Below, in pieces: positions 24,535 to 39,396 of a stretch of 64,000 bases of DNA. Both the position numbers and the translations under genes were made by a program. The notes under the pieces are model-generated. The model had not been told where the DNA came from and did no database searches. It worked only from the letters and a program-made list of their open reading frames with translations. Position 1 is the stretch's first letter. Every line of letters begins with the position of its first letter. The DNA is from Azolla caroliniana (lineage: Eukaryota; Plantae; Polypodiophyta): positions 8,928,001 to 8,992,000 of the forward strand of contig JBHGNT010000006.1 of NCBI GenBank assembly GCA_043228905.1, given 5' to 3'.

Positions 24535-24670
24535 AAACGGGGGGGGCCCCCTTCCCTGCAAATACTCTGTTTTCTTCTTCTTCTTCTTCATCATTCATCA
24601 ATTCATTCATCTTCTTCTTCATCGCTGGTTCTCTGATTACAGGTCCCAGGAGGAGGAAAACAGTTCAGCC

Positions 24671-26548
24671 ATGGCGATGGACGACAACGACATGGATGCA
24701 CACCCCTGCTGCCTCTCCGTCTTCCTCCCTATCTCCTCCACTCCTTCCAATCCTTCCTCTCCTTCTTCTTCTTCTTCTTCTTCTTCTTCTTCCTCCTCCG
24801 ATCTTTCCTTCAGGTACATCATATACTTGTGTAATGCCCCTCATCTCTCCTTTTACCATGCTTATTTTAGGGCGTCAGAGTTCCCGTGATTGTTCAAGCG
24901 TGATTGTTCTTTACCCACGTTCGTCCCATTCTCATTAGGGTTTCGATTCGATATTTTCTTCGGTTCTCTTGAGGTGTTTTTGATTCGATAAAATGATCCC
25001 CCCCCCCCGGGTCATTAGGGGGTCTCAATTTGATGTTTCTCTGTAGGCTTTTTTCCGGGCTCATCAGAGTTTCAACTCAGCCGCTTCTTGTTGTTTTCTT
25101 GCATGCACCTGTTAGGGTTTCGATTCGATAGCTTTTTAATGGTTTAGCAATGTTCCAACTCCACTCCATAGTCGTTAGGGTTTCATTCCAATAGCATTTT
25201 TTGTGTTTTCCAGCACATTAGGGTTTCAATTCAATAGTTATTGTTTAGCTTTTTCACACTCATTAGGGCTCCAATCTCTTTAAAAATGAATCCATACCCA
25301 TCACAGTTTCAATTCCATTTATCGTATATAAGTGCTCAATCCTTTCTTTCGGTTTTTTGGAGATATTCCGTGTTTCCTCAAAGCTCATTATGGTTTTTTT
25401 TATGTTTTCCTACGTTCATTATTAGGCTTTCAAGTCAATAGTGCGTTTCCAGGTTCAATTAGGGTTTCGACTCAATAAGCTTTTGTAGTCTTTATCCACG
25501 CGCGCATTAGCTTTCTGATGCAATCCTGTTTTAGTATATGTTCTCCATACTCATTATGGTTTTGATTCGAATATGTTGTGCACTATTCTCTCCTATATTA
25601 ATTGTATCATTAGGTTTCAATGCAATATTCTTCATTAGTATTTTTTACGCTCATTAGGTTTCAAAACATTATGGTTTGATTAATGTTTTGAGCTGTTTTC
25701 CCCATCTCAGTACTGTGTCAATGCAGATTTAATGCTCCTTTTAAAGTTAAGCCTTGGACTCTTTGTTAAATTTGTCATTCAGATCACTTATCATTACTTT
25801 GTGTGTATATCGTTTTAGGCATGAATCAATGTGTACAGGTGACAATATTCATGATGTCAAAAAACACAGAAGTGTTGGGAATTCTGAACCATTAAGTATG
25901 GGCGAAGAAACAACTTCCGAGTGTACTGAAGAGGAGAAAGTGGCAGTTGAACAATTGACAGAGCTGCAAAGAATTCGAGAAATCTCTTCACATGAACATG
26001 ATGAAGATAGAGATTGTTATGATAATGATCATCATCATTATCATCTTGATGAAGCAAATGAAGGTTCGAACTCAGATCTTGACACGTGCCAAGGACCTTC
26101 CCGTTCTTTTGATCTGTCTCATGTTTCACAATCAGATGTGCATGCACGAAAGCGATGGCCACAACACAAAGATATCTATGTCATCTCTAGGGGTTCTTGT
26201 TCTATTACCAATAAATTGGACGTCAAATCTATGGTTAAATTTGAGGATGGAAAAGGACACAAGGATTTCACCATTGTCGATGATACTGATGGCATGACCT
26301 TGAATAAAACACATGAGAGAGGTGAACATGATGCTCATGAATCCACGCATTATCAAGAAGACGCCAATTTTGATGTGCGGCCTCGAAAGAAAACTAGATT
26401 TCTAACCGATATTTATCAGCAAAAGAGAAGACAAAATGTTTCTCAGCACATCGCCGATGCTGATCAGGAATCGGTAAGCATATGCCAAAAGAAACTACGT
26501 ATAAAGAGGCGCCGGAAATCCCTCAGCAAGATTATGGGAGAGGCATGA
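24671..26548 (+). CDS. Two-exon hydrophilic, probably nuclear protein (about 290 aa), weakly EMF1/HAPLESS8-like. Exons 24671-24813 and 25819-26548
   Basis: Phase-2 donor TTCAG|GTACAT matches phase-2 acceptor TTTTAG|G. Poly-Ser tract and basic motifs RPRKKTRFLTDIY and KRRRKSLSKIM. The family call is tentative. Confidence 0.65.
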
Positions 26549-28440
26549 TGGAAAAGATAGGTGTAAATGGATTTTACATACAGATTGCAAAATTGGGTAA
26601 AAAACAAGCATGGACTAAATGGAGTTAGCTACATAGTTGAAAAGGGTGCAAGGCCGGCCCAATGATGAATCTATGTTGGCGCTGTATATTGCAATAATGC
26701 CAAGAATGGACCTCCATGCAAAGATATCACCTTGACAAAGAAGCTTTTCAGCCAAACATTCCTGTTAACGCCAAATTTTGTTGTTGTTCTATGGGTTAAC
26801 TACTTACTACATGTACATAAAAGCGTGTACAATATGAGATACATGCAATCATATACATTAATGGAGTCATTTCCTCCAAAGATACTGGGTATGGACATAC
26901 ACAGAGGGCTACCTGCTGAAGCAAACTTGGTTGAATAACAACAGCCTATGTATAAAATCATGTGGTCGCTAGAGACATGCCCCTTTATCTCTTGCATCAC
27001 CAGAGCCAGTCTCAGATAGCTATGGTCTTGACATAGACCTTGTCTGTATACTATAGTCTGAATGTGTATAATCATGTATGTACAACCAACTTGTGCAATC
27101 TCCTTTGAATAAAATTGTCAATTTTTATGCCATTTCATGTATTTAAATTATGTGTATGTAAATTTTGATTATATGATGTGCTAGGATACAAGCATTATTG
27201 TCCAATGATGTCCTTAGAAACATGGTCTTGTGGTCTAGGTTGCATATAAAAATATTTCAAAATTGCTGTTGTAAATTTTCAGCCTTCCATCTAAGTGGTT
27301 CTCGCGTGAACAGAATATGAGACCAAAAGATCTACACGCGATCTTTAATATGAATGTCAAGGATCAATGTTTCAGTAATATTCAATTCCTGTTGTATACA
27401 AAATGATGTTCACTTAATGCAATTGATGGGGATTTGAATTTTTGGTTCCATATCTCCTTTATGTATGGGTTGGTGGATCCATTTAGCTGTAGCATGAATC
27501 AACCAACCTTTATGGCAAATGTTGCTTGCTCAATATGGCATATTATTGATGGAGTATACTACTGTTTCAAGGTTGAAATTGTTGCCTTCGTGACATTATC
27601 AATGTTTGTTCATTGCTATTTCAAGGTTGAAAATGTCACTAAGGTGACAGTATCAAATCACACATTTCTAGCATATTGCAATACAATAAATACGAATTCA
27701 GTTGGAAGGATGAGGATGGTATGTAAGATGCCAAATTTCAAGCATATCTTAAATATAGTTGAGTCTATAATTTTATATGCGAGCTTGCAAAAAGATATAT
27801 CATCAAGCAAAGTACTCTTTTTAAGTGACAAAATCATGTTAGCTCCATTGTTCTAACGAAATGTCGACAAAACATAACTATAACTAATTATTCACACGGC
27901 CAACATTTGTTTTGCATTTTATAGGCGCCACTGATAGCCTTGCTTAGGTAGTGACATTTGAAATCGTACTTTCTGTAAATGCCCATACGCTATAGCATCA
28001 TCACCCATTTAATTAGCCAAATTTAGAACTGACCCAATAATTGTGGGAGCAGGGAGCATAATTATAAAAGGATATGCATTTGTCAGATTACGTGACACTT
28101 TCCTCAATAATTATCTTTACTTGGCTTTTATTGTACATGGAACAATCATATCACTAAACACTATGATCAATCAAAGAATAACTTCCAAGATATTTGAATT
28201 TAAGCCCCGAGGAACTAGGCAAGATCATATTGGTATAGATAAAACTCGTATAATGCACCTGAAAAAAACTCAGTGATGGTAACTCACTATTCCTCTCCCC
28301 ATCTATATTTTTTTAACTACAATGAAAAATGTACAGACTCTCAACAAGTTCATTCTTCGGAGCTCTCTATTGATGGAACAATCAGGTTCCTATAATGAAC
28401 ATTTGAATGAGTTCATTCCACAGATTGTTGAGATAGGAAG

Positions 28441-31400
28441 TTAGAGCCTTCTATTCAACTTAGAAAACCTCCTTGCCATACCAAACACAAGGACTTTACC
28501 AAGTGCTCCTCTATCAAGGGTACATGCGAGTATTACTGCTCCACCAACTATTAACCACTTCAAACCATTAACCTTTTCATCTCCGACAATGTGCTTGGAA
28601 GCGTCACAATTAGATGAATTCATCTGTTGCAATTCTGAATTGTCAGTATCAGCATTCGAAGCCTTGTTTGTTGCACTCAAATCCTCATAGAGGAAGTCTG
28701 AGGGTACTCTAGTGTATAGTTGTGCCATATAAGCATTTCGAGAGAGGGTCTTCAAACTGGATTGATGATGTTGATATTTCCGAAGTCCTGGCTCCATCTT
28801 CTTCACACATCCCCACATCCCTTGTTGAACACCAAATTTTGCAATACGTTTGGGTATATGCATATCCTCCGAATGAAAGAAAGTTACTTCACATGCCGTC
28901 ATTTGTCCATCGTGTTTCATAGATTCAGCTGTGCAACAGAAAAAGCAACAAAATCACCCACATGTATATTATTATGGAGCATAACACCAAAATAACCCTC
29001 ACTTTTCATATATATTTACAACAATACCCTTGGGTCCTAAGCTTACCAAGAAATGCACCTAGAATATTTTCCTCTTAGGTGTAAATTCTAGTTGATTTTG
29101 TCGTACATAGGGGTCTCCTGGTGATTTCTTGAAATTTTAGAATTATTCTATCGCACAATTATTGGTGCATTTTGGTGTTGTCCCTATTATTATTACATGA
29201 CAGCCTATATAGATGAAACTTCCCACATGAAACAAGAAACTAAGAAAATCGCAAGTATAAACCTGCTCTAATACACCAACTCGAGTAGTAGATATCAACC
29301 CTCAAAGGTTTTTCTTTTCGTGGAACACCATGGTAGGGCACAGCCTGCATCAGACCAACATCGATATAATTCACTTTGACAGATCTCATCAAACCAAATA
29401 AGTAAACTGGATGCTAATCAAGGCCATAATCAAATTTAAATGACTGAATATAAAATAACCTTTTAGATTAAACAAACAAAGTAAAATACAACCATCGCTT
29501 AGCTATCAACCCAGATGCAAATGCACATATTTCTAATCTTAAATATATATATCCAGTTATATGTGTGTATATTTAATATTGGGTTCCACTACAATTTCAA
29601 ACAGAAAATTTTTCATCTGTTATAATACATGGACCTTTTTCTTATGCAGTAATAACATAAACACACCTTTGTAATACAGAAAAATGTGCCAGCACACTCA
29701 AAAATCCTCCTTCCAATCAAATACTCTCGATCACTACAAAAGAATGGGAACTGCAGAGAAATCCAGTACTAGTCAGCACTGGAATTTGAGTCATCACAGT
29801 AGAAAAAAGAAATTTGCCAAATCAAATTATTTGAAAGAAAATACAAAGAATAAGGGATATAAGAACTCACTTTTCTCACCCAATGTGCGATTTCTGCTCC
29901 AGTCTCCATACATCCTTCTAATGTTTTGGCATGGATAAGCATATCATCCCAAACGGACCGAAATGCATCATCCCAATAGAAATCCTTCACTTGATCCGGA
30001 GTAGAATCTTCAAATACTGTGCGGCTCTTGTACTCTGTAGGGCCATCCTGCCAAGAACCAAAACATTGGTCAAAACAATTAGATATTTGAAATGAAAATT
30101 CCGACAAAGTGCATGTAAAAGCTGTAACCTTAATGTATCAATGAAAACACCCAGCCATATACATATATACATATTTACGTGCACACACATTGTCACAATG
30201 AGCTTAAGAAAAATCCAAAACTTCATAATAGTGACAATAAGGTATTTTAGTTGAAAAGTCTAGAAGTTCTTGTGCTACATCAATTCATAAAAATATCAAA
30301 TCCAGCTAGCTGTGCCAACATGACAAAGATTTGAAAAGTAATAAAGAAAAAGGAGCTGATTCATCATCTGCAACAGCATAAGGAAAATCAATTAAATAAA
30401 CATACTTGAGGGTCTCGACGCCAAGCTTGATAAGTAAAACCTGAGGCTGATCGTTCCATCATTAAAACCCAAGGAAGCCCTCCATCTTTACCTTGGAGCA
30501 GCCTCCTCAGTTCTTCAAAATCTCCCTCTCCAATAACGGACTTTGCCAAACTCGGAGGTGAGTTCTTTTTTTGTGCAACAAGTTTCTCTGAGTCAGTCAC
30601 ACTACTGAAAAAAAACAAATCAAAACATGAATATAAGTGGATAAAAAATATTTTGACTTAAATATACAAGGATTAATCACTCATAACATTATGCATGCAT
30701 ACCCAAGAAGTTTTAAATATCTTCTCAGGTTTCTCTACAATGTGTTAAGTTATGAGCTTATTCAAGCTAAGCTGCATTCCTTGCTGGGTGCCATGGTGGG
30801 TATGGGGCATTTTGATACCTTCCTGAGTGGGAAAGAACCTTTTTTCCCATGTGGGAAATCATGAGCTTAATCAAGGTAAGCTGCATACATAACTAGGTGC
30901 AGGGGTAGGTATGGGACATTTGTACACCTTCCAGGGTGGGATATAAGTGGCGAAACGATATTTTGACTTGAATATACAAAGACTAATGACTTGGGAGTTT
31001 AAATATTTTCCCATGTTTCTCTACAATGTCTGAAACTGTGAGCATATTCAAGCTAAGTTGCATATCTAGATAAACTGCAGTGGTGGGTTTCCCATGCAAA
31101 CCTTTTCCTCAGTTTTTGTTCAATATTACAAGCTTCTCGAGGCGAGGCAGATCACACCTACCTAGCTGTGGCAGACATTTACCCATGTGAGTAAATTTTC
31201 CATACAGCCTCAGGTTTCCCATACGGTCTTGTGGAGGAGATGTTGTGGGAGTATGTTAGCCTGTTTTCCCAAGGAGGGAAGAGACCAGGAAATTTCCCAC
31301 ATGCTCTCATGTAGGTGATGTGGCATATCTGCAAGTTTCTGGGGGTTGATAACAGGTTTTCCTACACATAGAAGTACCAGTTTCCCATGCAGGAAAGAAA

Positions 31401-32356
31401 GAGCCCTTTTTTTGGATGGGAAAGAGCCCACTTCCCCTCATGTTTTCCTACTTTTTCAGCAACAGGGGTGAGGCTCACATACTTAGATAGACATATTGAA
31501 AATAAATAAATCTAGAAAACTTATTGAGAACAGTAAGTGATTTAGTGCTGGCATATTAAAGAAATGAAAATACTCAGAAATACCCGGCATGTTTCTTTAG
31601 TTCCCCAAATCCCCTTAGATAACACCATCTTGAGCAATTATATGGTCAAATCATCCCCTTCTTTATTATATATTTCTATGCGCTATTTGGGCAACTATAT
31701 AGACATTTCACTATGAATAATGATGGTGCCACTATAGCTCGGCATTTTGCTATGCCAGTTTCTTACCCCAGACAGGAGAAAAGGGCACCACTAACATAAG
31801 AAAATAAATAAGGATGCAATCTTAGCCAATCATATAGATACAAGAAGGAATTGGATTCATCTATACAACTAGCAAATGGGCCAGAGCATCTGGAGAAATA
31901 ACAAAAACCTACTGGTATTTGTGATAAATAAAGAAAACTCAGCAATATTACAAGGATTTCCCCTAAAGGAAATGTCTAAAAAAGATTTATTTCTGAATCA
32001 ACGGCAAATGAATGAAATTACCTGGAATTTATCGTATTGGTATCTGACATAACACCCTCATGGTTGAACCAAATCATCTTAAACATTTTTGACTTGGAAA
32101 ATCCTCTGAGTGTTGAAACAACTCTTGTCTGTAACAGATTAGGGATAGTAGGAACAACGGAGAATCTCTTGTTGTTAATTAATAGAAACATGTTTTCCAC
32201 CCATCTTGGCTTCCATGTCCATCCTATAAGAATACCCATCATAAAGCCTGTCCATAAATGTGGTGAAATAATTGCCAGATATGCTGTTTCAATCGCATGA
32301 TGTATTGGATTCCGAGGGATAAAATATGTAAAATCCCATATATTTCTTATTTCCAT
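28441..32356 (-). CDS. START-domain (polyketide cyclase/lipid-transport superfamily) protein. Exons 32356-32022, 30604-30406, 30047-29871, 29750-29667, 29344-29263, 28928-28441
   Basis: All GT-AG junctions are in phase. Motifs GILIGWTWKPRW, YQAWRRDP.DGPTEY.SRTVFED, DFYWDD.FR..WDDML, WVRKFPFFCSDREY.IGRRI, VDIYYSSW and FHSEDM.IP..IAK.GV..GMWGCVKK. Confidence 0.92.
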
Positions 32357-35300
32357 GGAAACCACTTGAAACCTGATATGGTTAAAATACTGAATGCAGA
32401 AGCCCTTTGTGGCTTGACTATATAGAAATATACGGAAAGAAATCCTAACAAGATTTTTTGTTTTCTCGGGTTTGATAGTGTATGGATTATTCTTCTTCTA
32501 CAAGCAGACACTGTTTAGGATTTTTACTGCTATTATTATTTTCGGAACCCTAATATATACAAATATATTTCTTTCTTTGCTGGTATGGTGGAAAACCCTA
32601 ACATATATGTATAGAGACACAGAGAGAGACAGAGAGAGAAGTGCAGAGAAACAGAGCGAGAAAACTGGGCGATGAAATTGATCAAAATTTCTTTATCTAC
32701 TTACATGGGCGAATTCTTTTCTCTCTATCAAGAAAATATTAGTAAATATAATTATAGTTAAATGAACTTTTATTTTCATGTACATATTTGATCACATGTG
32801 TTTGTGTTGTACTGTAGACTGTAGTATGTATGTACTATCATCTATGTATGCATTTGGTGCAATGCATGCATGCATGTATGTATGTATGTATGTATGTATG
32901 TATGGGTGTGTGTGTGTGTGTATATGTGTGGTATTCCTAGTTCCAAAAGGTGACTAATTATAATATATAGAGAGGAGGGAGGGGGGGGGGGGGGTCTAAA
33001 ATTCAAAGAGAGCCTCAGCCACACATTTAGCAAGTGAATAGCCAATTTTTACAACCAAATTCGGCTTCTAATAATAATCACCTCAATTCAGTTCAGACCA
33101 TGCCCCAAACCTCATTAAGCTTTTCGATCTCTCTCAATCTCTTTTTCCTCATTACTTCGGCTCATTAGGACATTTGCTCAGTTACCAGCTTCAGCAACGA
33201 GCTTCTTCGCAATTAAATCTCGTATGTAATAACGTTGTTAATCATCTGACCACTCAACATCAACCTTGTACACAATGATGATGATAAGAGGGGTATGATC
33301 GTGCGTGTGTGTGTGTGCATGTGTGCATGTTTAATATTAACTCCAACGTGATTAGGAGACTCATTCCTCGACCAAATGTATATTAGTAGGGAACTTACGA
33401 AAATCAGTTGAGCACAAGTAAATTTTCTTTCTTTCTTTTTTTCTTCCAAAAAAACAAGTAAATTTTCTTGCTAACTTTCTCAAGTTTATGTGGCGATTTA
33501 TGTTTTTTGTTTATTAAAAGTGAGTGTGTGTGTGTGTGTGTGTGCGCACACACATGCACAAGTCAATCCATAAATCATCTTTTTTTTGTTATATTTATAT
33601 TTTATGCATGGCCAATGTATACATTCTTGATCTTATCTCATTGTGATGACTTGTATGGATAATGGAAAGATAATTTATTCTTCTCTTCTCAATCACAATC
33701 AACTTCATATTATGGCCACAAGTCTAGAATATACACACTAGGCTTGATTCTTGAACCCACCACACTCACATTCTTCTCCCCCCCCCCCCTTCCTCCATAG
33801 CCGCCCGCACTTCCCTTAATGATTGAATTGACCTTCTTACAATAAATTACATGTACATGCATACATATATGGCAAGATGTGTGTGTGTGTGTGTGTTGAT
33901 TTTTTCAAAAACCTGCGGCTCATACGAGATTTCCATTCATTGTAAAGGTTCAAATGTACAATTTGTGTAAGCCCTCATGCGACCATTTGTTTGTGAATGT
34001 ATGAATGACATATACGACCACTATATTAAAGGCTACAAAAGCAAGAGGGTTTAGTAGTAAATTGAATTTGGTTCGTACGTTTATGAATGGAAACCACGAC
34101 ACAAAAACTAGTGAATAGGCAAACGCGTTTTATTTATTTTTATAAACAAGGCATAATAGTAAACACGTCGAGTATGGTAACAAAAGAAACAAACTATTGT
34201 TGTAAAATCTCCAATGACTTTCGACATTAAAAAGCTAACCTATCTTCTCATGCTCCAATATAAGAACAACAACTTTGTGTTAAAGCATCATATGAAAATG
34301 TTGTCATTACATATATAAGTCACACAACATTGGCATCAAAATTTATCACGTGTGGATTCATGAGATATGAAGAGTGATGAGCAACTGTTCAAAACTTGTA
34401 TAGTAACATTTACATATCCGACTAGCCACATGAGTGCACGTAATGGCTACTATTTTATAATGCACAATATGGAAACTATAGCAAAGCCCACAAGAAGCGT
34501 GCTCATATTAGAGAATGTAGAAAGAAGTGGCACGCACATTTCAATGTTGTTGTGTGAACATGAGATTAAGAGAGAACAAGGGTGCAGAAACGTTCAAATA
34601 TAAAACACACCATAATGAAACACTACATGGGTCCTATCTTCGGTCTTAGGATTATAGTATATCATTGTACATGAAAAATTGTAAGCTTTTGGGCACACAA
34701 GCTTAAGTTGTAGCATTTACATGTTTTTTCTTAATACTATTGAGGAAAATCTTTGAAGGAAAAAAAAAACACCACATGGGTCAATGCATAAGGCCTTTAT
34801 AGCAAAGAAAATGTTTACTACCTCATTGATGACCATAAAAGATTTGTCTAACATTTCTTGAACACAAAGTCCAAACAAAACTTCAAAATGGTTCAAGAAA
34901 TTAACATGCAGAAGCCCAAAGCACAAATGGTACAAAAGTTGAAGGCTAGGGTTGATGCACCATGAAAAATTTACATCTATTTAGTTGCAATCTTGAAGCA
35001 TGGTAAGTTTTTAAACCAACATTATAGTAAGTTATGAATAGATAAAATAGAACTTTGTATTAAGAATATTCTCTCCATCCATCTTTAGAATTTCTTGAAG
35101 AGACAATCATTTTGATATATGTGTTGAAACCATTAGAACATGAAAATCATTGAATCATGAACATCGCATGCAATGTTTGATGGGGTGTGAATTCAACCTT
35201 TATGCTTCACAATCATGTTGCATTGATTACAATGATGTTCCATTCAAATTACAACTAAGATGGCTTGTACAATGATTAATGACTGAGATAAACGATTAAG

Positions 35301-38039
35301 CATTCAAATAATATGATTTATATTCAAAGGAATATGAGAATTAAGTATATGATAATTGTTTTCTATTTTTGTATAACTTCTCAGTAAATGTAGGAGTTTT
35401 TCTTAAGGCTCTAAGGGTCGTAGCTTTTCAAGAGGTGGATTCCAAGAGGTACATTTATTCATATTTAATTTGTTAATAGATAATTATTTTAATGTTCAAA
35501 CTTTATTAATAGTGTTCACACTCTCCCTCATTACTCATACAAAAGGAGGGTCTTTGTACAACTTTCATGAGAAAATTTGCCCATTGCTCATACAAAAGGA
35601 GGGTCTCTATACAACTTCCATGAGAAAATTTGCCCATTGGTTTAAGCTTTGTGTAAAGCTCAAATCCATTTCATTTTCCTGTATCTTTCTCCAAATTACC
35701 GTTTATATAGAAGTATTTGCAATTGGCATGCTCGCTTTCTCATGCTGCTTTTGAGTGAAAATTAATGCAATTCATGATTGATTATCAAGGTGGAGCCCAA
35801 ACATACTTGGGGTTAGTCACATTTTTGTGATGAAGAAGATAATGTGCCTGACTTTAGCTCCATGAGTAATGTTGGTGGATCAAGTACCCCGGAAGGGGCC
35901 AACATTACCCATTACCTTGTAGAGTGTTGCACTTCCAAGTGTTACCATTGAGTCTCAAGGGGTTGCCTTCCTCACGATGGGCTATCTAAGGGATTTGGAG
36001 CATCACTCCCCAATGACAAAGACCACGTCATATTTCACACATAAAACTTGTGGAACCCTCAAGGCTTGATATATTAAAGTAAAATTAAAACACACTAGGT
36101 CCTAATCACACCACCAATTAAGAAACATGTGAGATGTCTCAATTAAATAGATATTACTAAGTAAAATCATATATATCTTAATTAATTAGTGTGAAAGAGG
36201 CACATATAGGAAAATGATTCTTAATGGATGTAAGAGGAGAGAACCAAAAGATAGCCCCAAAGTTGGGGCACCCAAAGGCCCATTTGACATGTGAACTCTA
36301 GCATTTTTACAATTTGGAAACCTTGGTCTTCTTAATATTGCAAGCTCATTGGCATTAGCCATTGCAATCTAATAAAGGATAGTTCCTGGCAAGGTACAAT
36401 ATAACCTTGTTCTTGTATACTTTTGGTCTATGACCAATGTTAAGACTAGGTGATTAACTACAGGTTAATTAGTACCTAATTATGTGATTAGTTGACAAGC
36501 AGAAGATTAAGTGATATGTGTGTGAGAGGAAGATAGAGAGGAAGATACACTTATGAACAACACAAGATGGGGGATGAGTAACTATATTAGAAAGCATCAT
36601 CAAATACAAAAATACCATCAATGAGGTATGTATAGAGCTCATGTGCAAGGGTGCACATGTGTGAGGAGAATATAGGTACAAACGTGTAAGTCCTATATTA
36701 AATGACATTGGGAGTGGAGGATCTAGAATATCCTACTTAAGTACAAGGTCCTATTTAAGGCATTATAGTAAACACTTTTAACTAGATTCTATCTAGGTAA
36801 CTACGAAGTTACATAGTTGACTAACTAAATAACTCTAGTTGAGCTTGATCTCTCAACAACCAATATTCTAGAATGGAGTTGGACGATTGATGCCATGAGT
36901 TAAGGTATTCATTTGGAAACTTATGGTTGGAGCTTTACCATTTGAGGATGCATTAAACAAAAGAAGCATCGCTAGGGGAATGTGTTTTTTTGTTCAGTGG
37001 AATTGGAACATAATAGGCATTGATTTCTTTCATGCATGATGGCTAGAATGGTTTGGAGGTGTATCAATTTAGAGCGGATGTTCTTGATTGGAATAATTTA
37101 AATTATATTCATTCAATTGGGTTTTTGCTCATATGGAGAAGAATGGGCTGATGCCTCATTTCCAAATTATTTTTGATTTTTTATTGTATTGGGGGACTGT
37201 AGAGCAGCTAGAGGGCATGGTGGGTTGCATAACCGCCACTACCCCCTCCTACTATTACACAACCACCCATGTTGCGACAAACACAAGGAGCAATGGGGCA
37301 TTGGTAACACATGTGTGAAGGAAGCGGAGAGGATGGGTTAACGATTCTTCATGGGTACAATTGTACATGTGTGTGCGTTTGTACTTTATTTTTTAATTAA
37401 TATTTTTTTATTTTTCCATAAAAAATATGCTCCATTGGTATTAAAATTAACAATGCCAAAGGCAATATACAAATTGTACATAATAGTTTCCACTCCACAA
37501 GTATATATCATAAAAAAAGGACTAAATATAAGCGATGACATTTGGTAACATATGGCTAATTATAATCCATGAAAACAACTCTCAGCCTTTGCCAACAAAT
37601 TATTTGCTGCGACAAGCTAGGGTACCACCCAAAATAAGGGGATAGAATCAAGCACCATACTATCAATCTCCAACATGTGAAAACAATTAATGATACATCG
37701 AAATAACCATGTTCTATAACTCTATAACCATTACCTTCCATGAGACCATATTTGTAGTACGAAGCGTCTGAAACACATCAGGACCTCTAAAAACCTCATG
37801 TTGCAGCCAAAATTGGCTGAATGTGTTTCCACATATACTAAAGTTGTTCACCATCACCTGGTTGTCCACTAGCTGTTGCAATTTGGCAAATGTTTTGTAC
37901 GTCAAGATCTTCTTCAACTGTTGCAGTTGAAGACACAAAAATAGTCCATGATGCACATGCCACTTGGGGTAAAACATGATGGGCCGCATTGGATAGCCCC
38001 CATCTATCCTCTCCCATATCGAAACGACCATGTCCTTTA

Positions 38040-38900
38040 TCTCCACAAACATTGAAAATGTACTTGTAATGAATCTCCCTATAAAACAAGATGATCTATG
38101 TCCTCCTCACCTCAAACAAATCTGCTTCGATCCCCACACCATCTTCACTCAACCTTATCACAAAACAAAATTCTGCTTCATTCAGTCCACATCAACTATC
38201 TCGCCACTTACCACCAAGGTCCTATACAAATAACAACAAAATGAGTTTGGTGTGTTTCTCATCCCCTCATGATCTGCTTTGCCCCCCCCACACCATCATC
38301 ACTCATAAAAATAGACAAATTGCTTCATTCAGTCCACATCAATCATCTCGTCGATTACCAGCAAGGTCCTGTGCAAATAACAACAAAATAAGTGAAAAAT
38401 GTTTCCTCATTCCCTCATGATCTGCTTCAACCCTCACACCATCAACACTCATCCTCTTGTCCTGACAAATATGCTTCAAACCCCATCGCCGTCATCCCTC
38501 AACCTATGAGAACCATAACATCTTCTTAACTCACCCCACATCTGAAGCATCTCACTGACCCTCTTGAGATCTTGCCGATTATCGCGAAAATCTTGTACTA
38601 ACAGCCAAAAAATGAGTGAAAACAAAATCCTCACCTTCTCATAATAATCTGCTTCAACCCCCACACCAACATCACTCATCCTGATCACAAAAATAGAAAA
38701 CCAGCTTCCTCATGTCCACATCCACCATCTTGCTATCTCCGATTATCTCAGGATTTCCGCCAATTACCGCTAAAATCCTGTACTGACAGCCAAAAATTGA
38801 GTCAAAAAAATTTCTCACCTTCTCATAATACTCTACTTCAGCCCCCACATCATCATCCCTCATCGTCATGTCCACATCCACCATCTAACTATCTCCGATT
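38040..38900. repeat. Degenerate tandem array (about 150-180-bp units, core ATCTGCTTCAACCCCCACACCATCA.CACTCAT)
   Basis: Core recurs near 38119, 38270, 38418, 38469, 38646 and 38829. Confidence 0.65.
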
Positions 38901-39033
38901 ATCATCAACACCTTGTACATTGAAAGAGCCTTCCTACATGCCACAACCTCCTCCTCCAAGTTAACTCATGTTGTTTGCAATAAGAATGGTGTCGGTGGTG
39001 GGCACAACCAACGAGGTGGTACGTAGTTCCACC

Positions 39034-39325
39034 TGTTAGGATTTCGGTCCCTCCGGATGGGATGATGAAGGCCCGGTGAGAACCGGATGATATGTATCAG
39101 GCAAGGTAGACCCGGTGAGAACCGAATGATGCAGGCCCGATGAGAACCTCTCACTGGATGAAGGGACATATATGTAAATATGTTTCTGAGAGCCCATTGG
39201 GGCTATACTTGTAAATGGTCCTAAAGTCATATTAGTATAAATATGACCTAGGGCAAACAGAGGTTGTGAGTTGTCATTATTATTGTATAGAGTTATTGTG
39301 TGTAACTATTGTACAGAGAGAGTGA

Positions 39326-39396
<71 letters not shown>

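Noticed and set aside
35533-35640. 53-bp tandem duplication
   Set aside because: Real, but an isolated two-copy repeat with no functional context.
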